Shown: positions 17,996 to 27,379, numbered from the stretch's first letter. The stretch is 64,000 nucleotides of DNA from an uncultured Ilumatobacteraceae bacterium (GCA_964565705.1 CAZMGD010000003.1:12799-76798); one strand, 5' to 3'. Notes: generated by a model not told the origin, from the sequence alone. Translations and numbers: made by a program.

Positions 17996-18517
17996 TCAGG
18001 GCCAGTCGATGCCGGCCTGGATCGCGGCGGCGGTGACGCCGAGCAGCGAGCTGCGTTCCACCTGCTCGTAGCGGTCGCCTTCGCCGGTGAGCTCGAACCA
18101 CACGACGGTGTGCCGGTCGGGATCGGCGACGACGATCTCCCGGACACCGCATGCCGCGTAGTGCGGGAACTTCTCCCAGGTGTCGTCGCCCGGTGACAAC
18201 ACCTCCACGATCAGGGCCGCGGTCGGTACGTAGACGGTGGTCGGCATCGACCGGTGGAACCCGAGGTCGGGAACTCGGAAGTTGTCCTGCTCGCCGACGT
18301 TGAAGTCGGTCGAGCGGATCAGACCTGCTGCGTCAGCGGGGGCCTTGAGCAGATCGCCGATCATCATGGTGACCACGCCATGTCGTGGATGCGCTGCCGG
18401 CGCCATGTGGTAGTCGCCCTCCCAGATCTCGTCGAATCTGTCGATACCGAGGGCTTGGCGCCGAGCGATGAGCGCGTCGATCTCCGGCGGTCGCGGGCCG
18501 AGGATGACGGTGCGCAT
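17996..18517 (-). CDS. Uma2 family (DUF820, PD-(D/E)XK-like) putative endonuclease
   Basis: 173 aa with WEGDYHMAPAA, PDLGF and ALIVEVLSPGD...KFPHYAACGVREIVVADP, typical of Uma2. Confidence 0.8.
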   Translation of the reverse strand: MRTVILGPRPPEIDALIARRQALGIDRFDEIWEGDYHMAPAAHPRHGVVTMMIGDLLKAPADAAGLIRSTDFNVGEQDNFRVPDLGFHRSMPTTVYVPTAALIVEVLSPGDDTWEKFPHYAACGVREIVVADPDRHTVVWFELTGEGDRYEQVERSSLLGVTAAAIQAGIDWP

Positions 18518-18562
18518 CGAGCGCGAGCCTATCCGGCGGGTGTCGCGAGGATCGCGGGGCTG

Positions 18563-20137
18563 TCACGTGGTGAGGCGGTCGCGCAGCTCGAACTTGAGGA
18601 TCTTGCCGGACGGGTTGGTCGGCAGCGATTCGACGACGAACACCTTCCGAGGCACCTTGTAGTTGGCCATCTTCTCTCGGCTCCAGGCGATGACCTCGTC
18701 GGGATCGACGGTTGCGCCGGCGCGGGGGATCACGAACGCGACGCCGACCTCGCCCATCCGCTCATCGGGCATGCCGACCACCGCGGCCTGGGCGATCGCC
18801 GGGTGGCCGAGCAGGAAGTTCTCGATCTCGGCCGGGTAGGCGTTGTTGCCGCCGATGATGAACATGTCCTTGGTGCGGTCCGTGATCTGCACGTAGCCGC
18901 GCTCGTCCATCACGCCGATGTCGCCGGTGTGCAACCAGCCGTCGGCGTCGATCGCTTCGGCCGTGGCCTCCGGGTCGTCGAGGTAGCCGACCATCACGTT
19001 GTATCCACGGCAGAGGATCTCGCCGGGGTCGCCGGCGGGTACGTCGTTGCCGTCGGTGTCGACGATCTTGACCTCGACACCCTCGATCGCGCGTCCTGAC
19101 GTGTGCGAGATCGTCTCGGCATCGTCGTCGGGCCGGCAGATCGTGATCGTCCCGGTGGACTCGGTGAGCCCGTAGGCGGTGACGATCGTCTCGAACGTCA
19201 GCTCGTTGCGCATCCGCTCGATCATCTCCACCGGCACGGCGGCGGCACCGGTGACGGCGAGGCGCAGCGACGACAGGTCGTGGTTGGCGCGATCGGGGTG
19301 GTTGAGGATCGACAGGTACACCGTCGGCGGTCCGGGGAACGCGGTGATCCGCTCGGTCTCGATGCGGGCCAGCACGCGCTCGATGTCGAACGCCGGCTCG
19401 GGCACGATCGTGGCTCCCGTCAGGATGCACGCACAGATGCCGGCCTTGTACCCGAAGGAGTGGAAGAACGGGTTGACGAGCAGCATCCGGTCGCCGGCAC
19501 GCAGGCCGACCGTGTTGGCCCACGTCGTGAACACGCGGGTGGTCTGCTCGTGGGTGACCATCACGCCCTTCGAGCGACCGGTGGTGCCGGACGTGAAGAG
19601 GATGTCGCTGAGGTCGGTGGGCGCGACCGACGCAGCGCGGGCCTGCGCTGCCTCCGGGGTGACCGACGCGCCGCTGGCGAGGAAGTCGGCCCACGACGAC
19701 GTGCCCTCGACCTCGGCGCCACGCAGGATCACGATCGGCGGCAGCGGACGGTCGGCAGCCTCGGCGCGCAGCATGTCGAGGTAGCGGTTGCCGACGAACT
19801 CCTCGACGGCGAACAGCAGCTTGGCGTGGCTGCGGGTCAGCACGTCGAACGCCTCGAACCCCTTGAACCGCGTGTTGAGCGGCACGACGACGCCTCCGGC
19901 ACCGTGGATGCCCGTCGCCGCGACCACCCACTCGCGGATGTTGTGGCCCCAGATCGCGACCGTGTCGCCGGTCCGGATGCCGGCCGCGATCAGTGCTCGG
20001 GTGACCTCCTCGGCCTGGGCGGCGAGCTCGCGGTAGGTCACGTGGACGGCTCCGGGCTCATCAGGCGTGGTCGCATGGTCGGCGATCGCGTCGGTGTCCC
20101 CGTGCTCCTCGGCTGCCCGTCGGAGTGCCGCCGGCAT
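18563..20137 (-). CDS. AMP-dependent acyl-CoA synthetase/ligase (FadD-type)
   Basis: Motifs ILFTSGTTGRSKGVM, GYGLTE, TGDIG and PSGKILK. The start is uncertain: ATG 20137 is chosen, with GTG 20170 and ATG 20227 as alternatives. The upstream part of the 736-aa track ORF is a shadow. Confidence 0.85.
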   Translation of the reverse strand: MPAALRRAAEEHGDTDAIADHATTPDEPGAVHVTYRELAAQAEEVTRALIAAGIRTGDTVAIWGHNIREWVVAATGIHGAGGVVVPLNTRFKGFEAFDVLTRSHAKLLFAVEEFVGNRYLDMLRAEAADRPLPPIVILRGAEVEGTSSWADFLASGASVTPEAAQARAASVAPTDLSDILFTSGTTGRSKGVMVTHEQTTRVFTTWANTVGLRAGDRMLLVNPFFHSFGYKAGICACILTGATIVPEPAFDIERVLARIETERITAFPGPPTVYLSILNHPDRANHDLSSLRLAVTGAAAVPVEMIERMRNELTFETIVTAYGLTESTGTITICRPDDDAETISHTSGRAIEGVEVKIVDTDGNDVPAGDPGEILCRGYNVMVGYLDDPEATAEAIDADGWLHTGDIGVMDERGYVQITDRTKDMFIIGGNNAYPAEIENFLLGHPAIAQAAVVGMPDERMGEVGVAFVIPRAGATVDPDEVIAWSREKMANYKVPRKVFVVESLPTNPSGKILKFELRDRLTT

Positions 20138-20232
20138 CGTGGCCGGCGACGGGACCTGTGCGCCGCTCACGTGGGCGGCGACAGCGAGATGATCGGTGGG
20201 AGCTCGCGCATGCGCGCACAGTACCATCGGTT

Positions 20233-20249
20233 TCTGACGGGTCGTCAGG
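20233..20249. promoter_or_regulatory. Type-1 operator-like palindrome, site 1e (TCTGACGGGTCGTCAGG)
   Basis: One mismatch. Lies in the divergent region between the acyl-CoA ligase (-) and the enoyl-CoA hydratase (+). Confidence 0.55.
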
Positions 20250-20275
20250 TCGGCTGACGTGTGCCAGGGGGTCGT

Positions 20276-21061
20276 GTGTCCGAGTACGAAGCGTTGATCT
20301 ACGAGGCCGATGGGCCGGTGGGCTGGGTCACCCTGAACCGGGTCGATCGGCACAACGCGCTGAACGAGCAGATCGCCGGCGAGCTGCAGGACGTGTGGGC
20401 TCGACTGCGGATGGACGCCTCGATCAAGGTCGTCGTGCTGACGGCCGCCGGCGACAAGGCGTTCTGCACCGGCATCGACCGCAGCTGGCAGGTGCCGCAG
20501 CCGCCGAGCCACTTCATGATCGACGACCCGCTGATGAAGATCGGCCCGAAGACCAACGACCTCTGGAAGCCGGTGGTGGCGGCGGTCAACGGGATGGCCT
20601 GCGGCGGCGCCGCCTACCTGCTGGGCGAGGTCGAGACGATCGTCGCCGCCGACACCGCCACGTTCTTCGATCCACACACCACCTACGGCATGGCAGCCTG
20701 CTACGAGCCCATCTTGCTGTTCGGGCAGATGCCGTGGGGCGAGCTGTGCCGCCTGGCGCTGATGGGCAACCACGAGCGGATGTCAGCGCAGCGGGCCCAG
20801 CAGGTCGGGTTCGTGCAAGATGTCGTGCCGCTCGCCGAGCTGCGCGACGAGGCCGGCAGGATCGCTCAGGCGATGGCCTCGCAGCCCGCCGCCGCGCTGG
20901 AGGGCACGCTGCGCGCGCTGTGGTCGGCGCGGGAGATGGCTCGGGCGCAGGCGATCGCGATGGCGCCGCACCTCGTGACCCTCGGCAACCAGCCCGACGC
21001 GATCGCCGAGGGACAAGCGGCGTTCTCGTCCGGCCAGCGGATCAGCTGGACGCTGCGCTGA
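20276..21061 (+). CDS. Enoyl-CoA hydratase/isomerase family protein
   Basis: Motifs VTLNRVDRHNALN, VVVLTAAGDKAFCTGID and AAVNGMACGG. GTG 20276 follows AGGGGG; GTG 20261 is an alternative start. Confidence 0.85.
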   Translation: MSEYEALIYEADGPVGWVTLNRVDRHNALNEQIAGELQDVWARLRMDASIKVVVLTAAGDKAFCTGIDRSWQVPQPPSHFMIDDPLMKIGPKTNDLWKPVVAAVNGMACGGAAYLLGEVETIVAADTATFFDPHTTYGMAACYEPILLFGQMPWGELCRLALMGNHERMSAQRAQQVGFVQDVVPLAELRDEAGRIAQAMASQPAAALEGTLRALWSAREMARAQAIAMAPHLVTLGNQPDAIAEGQAAFSSGQRISWTLR

Positions 21062-21846
21062 TGCTGGCCCAGGACGCCTTCCGCCTCGACGGCCGGTTCG
21101 CCGTCGTCACCGGCGCCGCGCAGGGCATCGGCAAGGCGATCGCGATCGCGTTCGCCGAGTACGGCGCCGATCTCGCGATCTGCGACCGCAAGGTCGAGGG
21201 AATGGAGTCGACGGCCGAGGAGATCCGCGCGCTCGGGCGGACGTGCACGGCGACCGAGCTCGACGTCCGCTCGGTCGACGGTGTCAACGAGTGGATCGGC
21301 GCGATGGGCCGCATCGACGTGCTCGTCAACAACGCCGGCGGTGGCTTCCACGCCCACTTCGACACGGTCAGCGAGAAGGGCCAGAAGGCGCTGATCGACG
21401 AGAACTTCACCAGCGTCACGGCGTGCATCCGCGCCGCGCTGCCACACTTCACCGACGGCGGATCGATCATCAACGTGACGACCGTGGAGGCGTTCCGCGC
21501 CTCGCCCGGGTTCGGGATCTACGGGGCGATGAAGGCCGGCGTCGAGCACCTGTCCCGCACGCTCGCCCTCGAGCTGTCGCCGCGCGGCATCCGGGTCAAC
21601 ACGATCGCTCCCGACGGGATCGACACCGAGGGCGAGGTCGGCCTGATGGCCGCCACCGGGTCCTCCGAGGCGTACCGGGCCCAGCTCGCGCTCGGCGCAG
21701 GCACGATCGCCGAGGCCGCGGGGCCGGCCGTGTTCCTCGCGTCGTCCGCGTCCAAGTACCTGACGGGCACGACGCTCCACGTCGATGGTGGCAGCGACGC
21801 CGCCAGGGGCTGGCGCAAGCAGCCCAACGGCTCCTGGTTCCCCTGA
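21061..21846 (+). CDS. SDR family oxidoreductase
   Basis: Real start is MLAQDAF (ATG 21061), overlapping the upstream stop by 1 nt. Motifs: AVVTGAAQGIGKAIA, NNAGG and YGAMKAG. Confidence 0.88.
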   Translation: MLAQDAFRLDGRFAVVTGAAQGIGKAIAIAFAEYGADLAICDRKVEGMESTAEEIRALGRTCTATELDVRSVDGVNEWIGAMGRIDVLVNNAGGGFHAHFDTVSEKGQKALIDENFTSVTACIRAALPHFTDGGSIINVTTVEAFRASPGFGIYGAMKAGVEHLSRTLALELSPRGIRVNTIAPDGIDTEGEVGLMAATGSSEAYRAQLALGAGTIAEAAGPAVFLASSASKYLTGTTLHVDGGSDAARGWRKQPNGSWFP

Positions 21847-21857
21847 TCGCGGGTCAC

Positions 21858-21897
21858 TGCCTCACCTGGATGTCGGTTTCGGCGCCGACGTGAGGCA
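21858..21897. terminator. Nested stem-loop after the SDR gene, between convergent genes
   Basis: TGCCTCAC...GTGAGGCA (8 bp) encloses GTCGG...CCGAC. No T-tract. Confidence 0.35.
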
Positions 21898-21953
21898 CTG
21901 CCGGTCGGGCGGCGCCGTGGTACGGAGTCAAGCCCTGACCCGCGGCGGTCGGT

Positions 21954-23525
21954 TCAGAGGCCGGCCGCGGAGCCTACGATCGTGCGGGGGTCGGCGGCCC
22001 CGCGGCGGAGTCCGTCGGCGTCGATCGTGATGGCATGGGCGTGTCCGAACTGTCCGCTGAACGCAGGCGTCTCTCGCACGCGGTGGCCTCGCGACCGCAG
22101 ACCGTCGATCCAGCCCGCGGGCGCGTGACCCTCGATCGCGACGGTGTGGCCGCCGGCGGCCAGCCAGGTGTCGAAGCCGGTGCTCTCCGGCCGGGCGGGC
22201 TCCAGCACCCAGCGGGCCGCCTCGATCGCAGCAGCTGGTGATTCGCCACCGCCGAGCAGGCGCGCCGCCAGCTGGAGCAGGATCTGGGGCTGGGCGTCAC
22301 CGCCCATCGTCCCGAGGATCGCGGCCAGGCCCTGCTCCGGTCGGGTCGCGAGCACCGCGCACAGGGTGTGCGGTGGGCGACGACCCGGTGCCAGCTCGGC
22401 CGGGTGGCCCGGTTCGAGGCTGAAGCCCACCCCACGGTTGTGGAGGTTGATGCCGGTCGCCGGCTCGACCAGCCACGACCCGAACCCGGCGGCGTTGGAC
22501 TGGATGAGCGATACGCCCATGCCGCTGTCGTCGACCGTGCAGAGGTACGTGGTGTCGCCGGCACCGGATGGCGCGGTCGAGCCCGATGCCCGATCGAGGG
22601 CGATCTCACCGGCGCGGCCGCTGACCACGTCCACGAGCGCGTCGCCGTCGGCGCCGGCGTGGAGCACTGCCGGGCGATCGCGCCCGGCCGCGATGGCAGC
22701 CTCCACGAGGACGTGTGCCCACGCCGGATCGTTCGGGTCGGCCGGCAACCCGACCTCCTCGGCGAGGCGAGCGGCGCCGAGCAGGAGGTAGTTCTGCGAG
22801 TTCGGTGGAAGGCCCCAGAGCGTGTGGCCCCAGACCTCGATCGACAGCGCGGGCACCCAGTCGGCCGTCGCTCCGGCGAGGTCGGAGTCGGTGAACACAC
22901 CGCCACCGAGCTCCATCAGGCCCTGCCCGAACTCGCCCCCGTAGAAGGCCTCGCCGCCGCCGGTGGCGATCGCGCGCAACGTGCGGCCGACTCCGGGCCG
23001 ACGCACCCGTGCCCCGACACGGGTTGCCTGCTCGGCCAGCTCCTGCAACTGGGCCCGTCCTGCTGCGTCGACGGCGCCGAGCGATCCGACGAGCAGGGGC
23101 GACGCGGCGAAGCCCGCGTCGGCGAGACGGATCGCCGGTGCGAGCAGCGTGGTCAGCGGCAACGAGCCGAAGCGTTCGTGGAGTGCGATCCATCCGCTGA
23201 CGCACCCCGGCACCGTGACCGACACCGGATCGAGCCGGAACGGCATCTCCCGGTGGCCGCGAGCTCGAAGTGAGGCGGCGTCGGTCCCGCTGCCGGCTCG
23301 ACCGCTGCCGTTCAGCGCCGCCACGGAGCCGTCGCGGTGCACGAGCGCGAACAGGTCGCCGCCCATCCCGCACAGCCCGGGCTCGACGACCGCGATCGCG
23401 GCATTGGCGGCGATCGCGGCATCGACGGCGTTGCCCCCGAGTGCGAGCACGCCGATCCCAGCGGAGGTGGCCAGCTGATCGGCGCTGGCCACCATCCCCC
23501 CCAGCGAGCTCGCCTCGAACATCAC
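21954..23525 (-). CDS. ggt: Gamma-glutamyltransferase family protein, apparently without a signal peptide
   Basis: GMVASADQLATSAGIGVLALGGNAVDAAIAANAA, and the TTY autoprocessing-site context (AGDTTYLC). Start is GTG 23525 or ATG 23522. Confidence 0.88.
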   Translation of the reverse strand: MMFEASSLGGMVASADQLATSAGIGVLALGGNAVDAAIAANAAIAVVEPGLCGMGGDLFALVHRDGSVAALNGSGRAGSGTDAASLRARGHREMPFRLDPVSVTVPGCVSGWIALHERFGSLPLTTLLAPAIRLADAGFAASPLLVGSLGAVDAAGRAQLQELAEQATRVGARVRRPGVGRTLRAIATGGGEAFYGGEFGQGLMELGGGVFTDSDLAGATADWVPALSIEVWGHTLWGLPPNSQNYLLLGAARLAEEVGLPADPNDPAWAHVLVEAAIAAGRDRPAVLHAGADGDALVDVVSGRAGEIALDRASGSTAPSGAGDTTYLCTVDDSGMGVSLIQSNAAGFGSWLVEPATGINLHNRGVGFSLEPGHPAELAPGRRPPHTLCAVLATRPEQGLAAILGTMGGDAQPQILLQLAARLLGGGESPAAAIEAARWVLEPARPESTGFDTWLAAGGHTVAIEGHAPAGWIDGLRSRGHRVRETPAFSGQFGHAHAITIDADGLRRGAADPRTIVGSAAGL

Positions 23526-23620
23526 CCCGTGGTGGCCGCCGGCTGCAGCGGGGTGGGCGACACGGCGACGAACCCGTGGAAGAAGAACGCAGCGAAGGAT
23601 CCGATGATGCCCCGTTTCAT
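23522..23620 (-). CDS. 32-aa signal-peptide-like small ORF abutting the GGT start in another frame
   Basis: MKRGIIGSFAAFFFHGFVAVSPTPLQPAATTG has a basic n-region, a hydrophobic core and a Pro/Ala/Thr tail. Its TGA overlaps the GGT GTG/ATG start. Confidence 0.3.
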   Translation of the reverse strand: MKRGIIGSFAAFFFHGFVAVSPTPLQPAATTG

Positions 23621-23723
23621 GTGCCGCACCCTAGGTGACCGAGGCAACCCGAACCGCTGTTCCAACAACCCCGTGACACCCCGCGCGTACGGTTCGAACC
23701 AGCTTCCCCGCACGAACACATCG

Positions 23724-23743
23724 GTGCCGATCCAGATCGGCAC
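23724..23743. promoter_or_regulatory. Perfect 9-2-9 palindrome GTGCCGATC-CA-GATCGGCAC upstream of the SSB-like gene
   Basis: Lies 20 nt before ATG 23763, flanked by direct GCACGAAC repeats. The RBS GCAGGAG follows. Confidence 0.4.
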
Positions 23744-23762
23744 GAACGCAGGAGTCACGACC

Positions 23763-24125
23763 ATGAATCTCGTGGTGTTGCGCGGAACGCTGTCCAGCGA
23801 CCCCGTCGATCGACAGCTCGTCTCCGGCTCGACCATCTGGTCGCTGGAGGTCACGTCCCGAACGGCCGAGGGCGTGTTCAGCGCCCCGGTGGCATGGCTC
23901 GACCCGCCCCATCCGCCCCGCGTCACGAGCGGCGACGAGGTGGTCGTCGTCGGTCAGGTGCGGCGCCGCTTCTTCCGCAGCGGAGGATCGACGCAGAGCC
24001 GCACGGAGGTCGTGGCCACCTCGGTCACGCCCGCCCGGCGCACCGCCGACGTTCGGCGCGCGCTGCAGCGGGCCCGGGCCGTGCTCGACGACCAGGTCGC
24101 CGGTGACGATGCGCCCGCCGGTTGA
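23763..24125 (+). CDS. Small OB-fold, single-stranded-DNA-binding-protein-like protein
   Basis: 120 aa. MNLVVLRGTLSSDPVDRQL.SGS.IWSLEV resembles an SSB N-terminal OB strand pattern. No acidic C-terminal tip. Confidence 0.5.
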   Translation: MNLVVLRGTLSSDPVDRQLVSGSTIWSLEVTSRTAEGVFSAPVAWLDPPHPPRVTSGDEVVVVGQVRRRFFRSGGSTQSRTEVVATSVTPARRTADVRRALQRARAVLDDQVAGDDAPAG

Positions 24126-24130
24126 AGCGC

Positions 24131-25228
24131 TCAGGGCTGGGCGAACGCCCAGTCCAGCAACGCCGCCGCGCCGGCCACCCGCGCTGTGGCGCTCGACGCG
24201 CCGAGCGCGGTCACGATCACCTGCCGACCGTCGCGCTCGGCACCTCCGACGATGCTCCAGCCGGCGTCGGTGGTGTGCCCCGTCTTCACACCGTTCGCGC
24301 CGAGGTAGGACGTCAGGAGCCCGTTCGTGGCCGGGAACACCTGGCCGTGCAGCTTGGCGTCGGTGCGAGCGACGGTGCTGCGGAACGTCTCGTCCTGCAT
24401 CAGCGTCGCTGCCAGTGTCGTCATGTCGCGCGCCGTCGACACGGAGAACGGAGCATCCAGGCCCACCGGGTTGGCGGCTGCGGTGCCGGTCAGCCCGAGG
24501 GCCGCCGCGGCGGCGTTCATCTGAGCGGCGAAGGCCTCCTCGCTGCCGGCGAGGTCGATCGCGAGCGCGCGTGCCGCGTCGTTGGCACTGACGATCAGCA
24601 TCGCCCTCACCAGCAGGTCGCGCGGCAGCTGCTCGCCGGCGTACAGCCCGATCGACGACTCGGTCGGGTCGGTCCGCAGGTCGGGCACGGTCACGACGTG
24701 CGTTGGGTCGCCGGCCTGCATCACGACGTACGCGGTCAGCAGCTTCATCAAGCTGCCCACGGCCAACGGCGTGTCGGCCTCGCTGGCGGCCAGCCAGCGC
24801 CCGTTCGTGGCGTCGTAGATCGCGTAGGCCCGGGCATCGATCGCCGGCACGTCGGTGGCAGGCGCGACCGACTCGGGGATCGGTAGGACAACGGTCGTGG
24901 CCTCGGTGATGGGCGCGGCGGTGACTCGCGTCGAGGCCGTCGCGCTGGACGCACCGGACGCCGGCACCGTCGCAGTCGTGGTCGTCGCCGGCGTCGTGGT
25001 CGTCGCCCGCGTAGCGGTCGTCGCAGACGTGGTGGTCACCGTCGTGGTCGCCGCGTCGGCGGACGAGGGCGGCGCGACCGTGATCGGCAACGTCGGCAAC
25101 GTCGGCAACGTCGGCAGCGTGGCGGTCGACGTCGAGCCGTCGTGGCACGCACCGGTCGCGACGCTCAACACGACGGCCGCCAGGAGCGCACCCAACCGCG
25201 CGCGCAGCAGTGAGACCGGCCGTGGCAC
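24131..25228 (-). CDS. D-alanyl-D-alanine carboxypeptidase (peptidase S11) lipoprotein with a Thr/Ala/Pro-rich linker
   Basis: Signal peptide plus lipobox (VATGAC), SxxK motif (GSLMK), SAND (SxN) and KTGHT (KTG). Confidence 0.88.
   Translation of the reverse strand: MPRPVSLLRARLGALLAAVVLSVATGACHDGSTSTATLPTLPTLPTLPITVAPPSSADAATTTVTTTSATTATRATTTTPATTTTATVPASGASSATASTRVTAAPITEATTVVLPIPESVAPATDVPAIDARAYAIYDATNGRWLAASEADTPLAVGSLMKLLTAYVVMQAGDPTHVVTVPDLRTDPTESSIGLYAGEQLPRDLLVRAMLIVSANDAARALAIDLAGSEEAFAAQMNAAAAALGLTGTAAANPVGLDAPFSVSTARDMTTLAATLMQDETFRSTVARTDAKLHGQVFPATNGLLTSYLGANGVKTGHTTDAGWSIVGGAERDGRQVIVTALGASSATARVAGAAALLDWAFAQP
25085..25120. repeat. In-frame 9-bp tandem repeat (CGGCAACGT x3 plus one variant) encoding (TLP)4
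   Basis: Read directly: cggcaacgtcggcaacgtcggcaacgtcggcagcgt, inside the linker of the carboxypeptidase gene. Confidence 0.8.
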
Positions 25229-25271
25229 GGGCGGCGACGCTATCGCTCGGGCCCGGAGCCCGGTCCGCGGC

Positions 25272-26228
25272 TCAGGCCAGGATGCTGGCGGCTGCGCGCC
25301 GGCGGTGGAAGGTCGCGTCGCCGTAGCTGCGCTGCAGTGCCCAGGCCTTCTTCATCCAGAGCTGGAGGTCGGCCTCCCACGTGTAGCCGATGCCACCGTG
25401 CACCTGCATCGTGGTCCGCGTCGTGCGGTAGGCCGCATCGCTGGCGAACGTCTTGGCCATCGACACCGAGCGGGAGGCGTTCGGGTCACCGACGGTCAGC
25501 TCCCACGCGGCGGCGTACACCGCCGGCCGGGCGAACTCGACCTTCAGCAACGCGTCGGCGAGCAAGTGCTTGACCGCCTGGAACGAGCCGATCGGCTTGC
25601 CGAACTGCTCGCGCTGGCGGGCGTAGTCGGCGGCGATGTCGATCATCCGCTGGCTGGCACCGACCAGGTACGCGGCGGTGGCCAACGCGCCGCGGTCGAA
25701 CGCGGCATCGACGTCGAAGTCGAGCGGCGTGACCGTCCCGCCCGACACCGAGGCGAGGCTGCGACCGCTGTCGATGCCGTGCGCATCGACACATTCGACA
25801 TCGCGCAGCACGCCGTCAGGGGTCAGCACGATCGACGACACGGCGGCGTGGGCGACGTAGGGCGTGCCTTCGATCGCCGCAGTGGCAATCGTGTCGCCGG
25901 CGGCGATCGACGCCGCCAGCTCCGGGTCGCCGGCGAGCGCCGGGATCACCACAGCCATCGACTCGATGACCGGGCCGGGCACGGCCGCGTAGCCGAGCTG
26001 CTCGAACAGCAGGATCGCGTCGACGAAGCCGAGCCCCATCCCGCCGGCGTCCTCCGGCGCGAGCACGCCGATCACGCCCATCTCGGCGAGGTGACGCCAG
26101 AGGTCGGGGGAGTGGGCGCCGCCGCCCTCCCACAGCTCGCGCAGGTCGGCGGCGGTGAACTCGCCGGCCAACAGGTCTCGCAATCCGTCGGAGAACAGCA
26201 ACTGGTCGTCGGTGAAGGCGAAGCGCAC
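25272..26228 (-). CDS. Acyl-CoA dehydrogenase, short beta-type subunit
   Basis: Real start is VRFAFTDDQ (GTG 26228, 318 aa), 2 nt after the upstream stop. Motifs: REQFGKPIGSFQAVKH and QVHGGIGYTWE. Confidence 0.85.
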   Translation of the reverse strand: MRFAFTDDQLLFSDGLRDLLAGEFTAADLRELWEGGGAHSPDLWRHLAEMGVIGVLAPEDAGGMGLGFVDAILLFEQLGYAAVPGPVIESMAVVIPALAGDPELAASIAAGDTIATAAIEGTPYVAHAAVSSIVLTPDGVLRDVECVDAHGIDSGRSLASVSGGTVTPLDFDVDAAFDRGALATAAYLVGASQRMIDIAADYARQREQFGKPIGSFQAVKHLLADALLKVEFARPAVYAAAWELTVGDPNASRSVSMAKTFASDAAYRTTRTTMQVHGGIGYTWEADLQLWMKKAWALQRSYGDATFHRRRAAASILA

Positions 26229-26230
26229 CG

Positions 26231-27379
26231 TCAGACCCCCTTCGGCAGCTGGAGCACGCGGTCGGCGATGATGTTGCGCTGGATCTCGTTGGTGCCGGCG
26301 TAGATCGGGCCCGACAGCGAGAACAAGAACCCGTCCACCCAGCGCTCGTCCGGGCCCTCCAGCCGTTCCGCCTCGGGTCCGAGGATCTGGAGCGCGAGCT
26401 CGTGGATGCGCACGTCCATCTCCGACCAGAAGATCTTGTTCAGCGACGCCTCGGCACCGATCGGACGGCCCTCGATCATCGCCGTCACCGTGCGGTACGT
26501 GTGCAGCCGGTAGCCCTCGGCCTGCATCCAGACGTCGGCGACGGCATCGGACAGCGCGGTGTCGCTGTGGTCGGCTCGCTGCTTCCAGAGCGCGACCAGC
26601 CGGTCGGCGGCGGCGGAGAAGCGAGCGGGCGAGCGCAGCGACACACCGCGCTCGAAGCCGGCGGTGGCCATCGCCACGTACCAGCCGCGGCCCTCGGCGC
26701 CGAGCAGGTTCTCGACCGGCACGCGCACGTCGTCGAAGAAGATCTCGGCGAAGCCGGTGTCGCCGTCGAGCTGGGCGATCGGCCGCACCGTGATGCCGGG
26801 CAGGTCGAGCGGACAGAGGATGAACGTCAGGCCCTTGTGGCGCTGCGACTCCGGGTCGGTGCGGAAGATGCCGAAGCACCAGTCGGCCCACACCGCTCGC
26901 GACGCCCAGATCTTCTGGCCGTTGAGGATCCAGTCGTCCCCGTCACGGGTGGCCTTCGAACGGATCGCGGCGAGATCGCTGCCGGCGTTCGGCTCGCTCC
27001 ATGCCTGGGCCCAGACGATCTCGCTCGACGCCATCGTCGGCAAGAAGCGCGCTTTCTGCTCGTCGGTGCCGACCTCCTGGATCGTCGGGCCGAGCAGGAA
27101 GATGCCGTTCTGGTTGACCCGGCCCGGTGCACCGGCGCGGTAGTACTCCTCCTCGAAGATCAGCCACTTGATGTAGTCGGCGCCACGGCCGCCGTACTCG
27201 ACGGGCCACGACACAGCGGACCAGCCACCGTCGTGGAGCGTGCGCTCCCACTCCCGGTGCAGCGCGAACCCCACCTCCGTGTCGAAGCTCGGCAGTGGCT
27301 CGGCAGGCACGTGCTCGGCCAGCCACGCACGCGCCTCCTCCCGGAAGGCCTGTTCGTCGGCCGTGTACCTCAGATCCAT
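26231..27379 (-). CDS. Acyl-CoA dehydrogenase, alpha-type subunit
   Basis: 382 aa with WPVEYGGRGAD, AQAWSEPNAGSDLA, GQKIWAS and GTNEIQRNIIADRVL. Confidence 0.9.
   Translation of the reverse strand: MDLRYTADEQAFREEARAWLAEHVPAEPLPSFDTEVGFALHREWERTLHDGGWSAVSWPVEYGGRGADYIKWLIFEEEYYRAGAPGRVNQNGIFLLGPTIQEVGTDEQKARFLPTMASSEIVWAQAWSEPNAGSDLAAIRSKATRDGDDWILNGQKIWASRAVWADWCFGIFRTDPESQRHKGLTFILCPLDLPGITVRPIAQLDGDTGFAEIFFDDVRVPVENLLGAEGRGWYVAMATAGFERGVSLRSPARFSAAADRLVALWKQRADHSDTALSDAVADVWMQAEGYRLHTYRTVTAMIEGRPIGAEASLNKIFWSEMDVRIHELALQILGPEAERLEGPDERWVDGFLFSLSGPIYAGTNEIQRNIIADRVLQLPKGV

Noticed and set aside
17996-18517. Uma2 endonuclease gene as part of a restriction or defence system.
   Set aside because: It is a single gene with no methyltransferase, helicase or other defence partner nearby. 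Uma2 genes are commonly scattered singly.
23691-23700. GGTTCGAACC, reminiscent of a tRNA T-arm, in the 237-nt GGT/SSB spacer.
   Set aside because: Flanking bases do not form a T-stem, an acceptor stem or an anticodon arm. No cloverleaf could be drawn.
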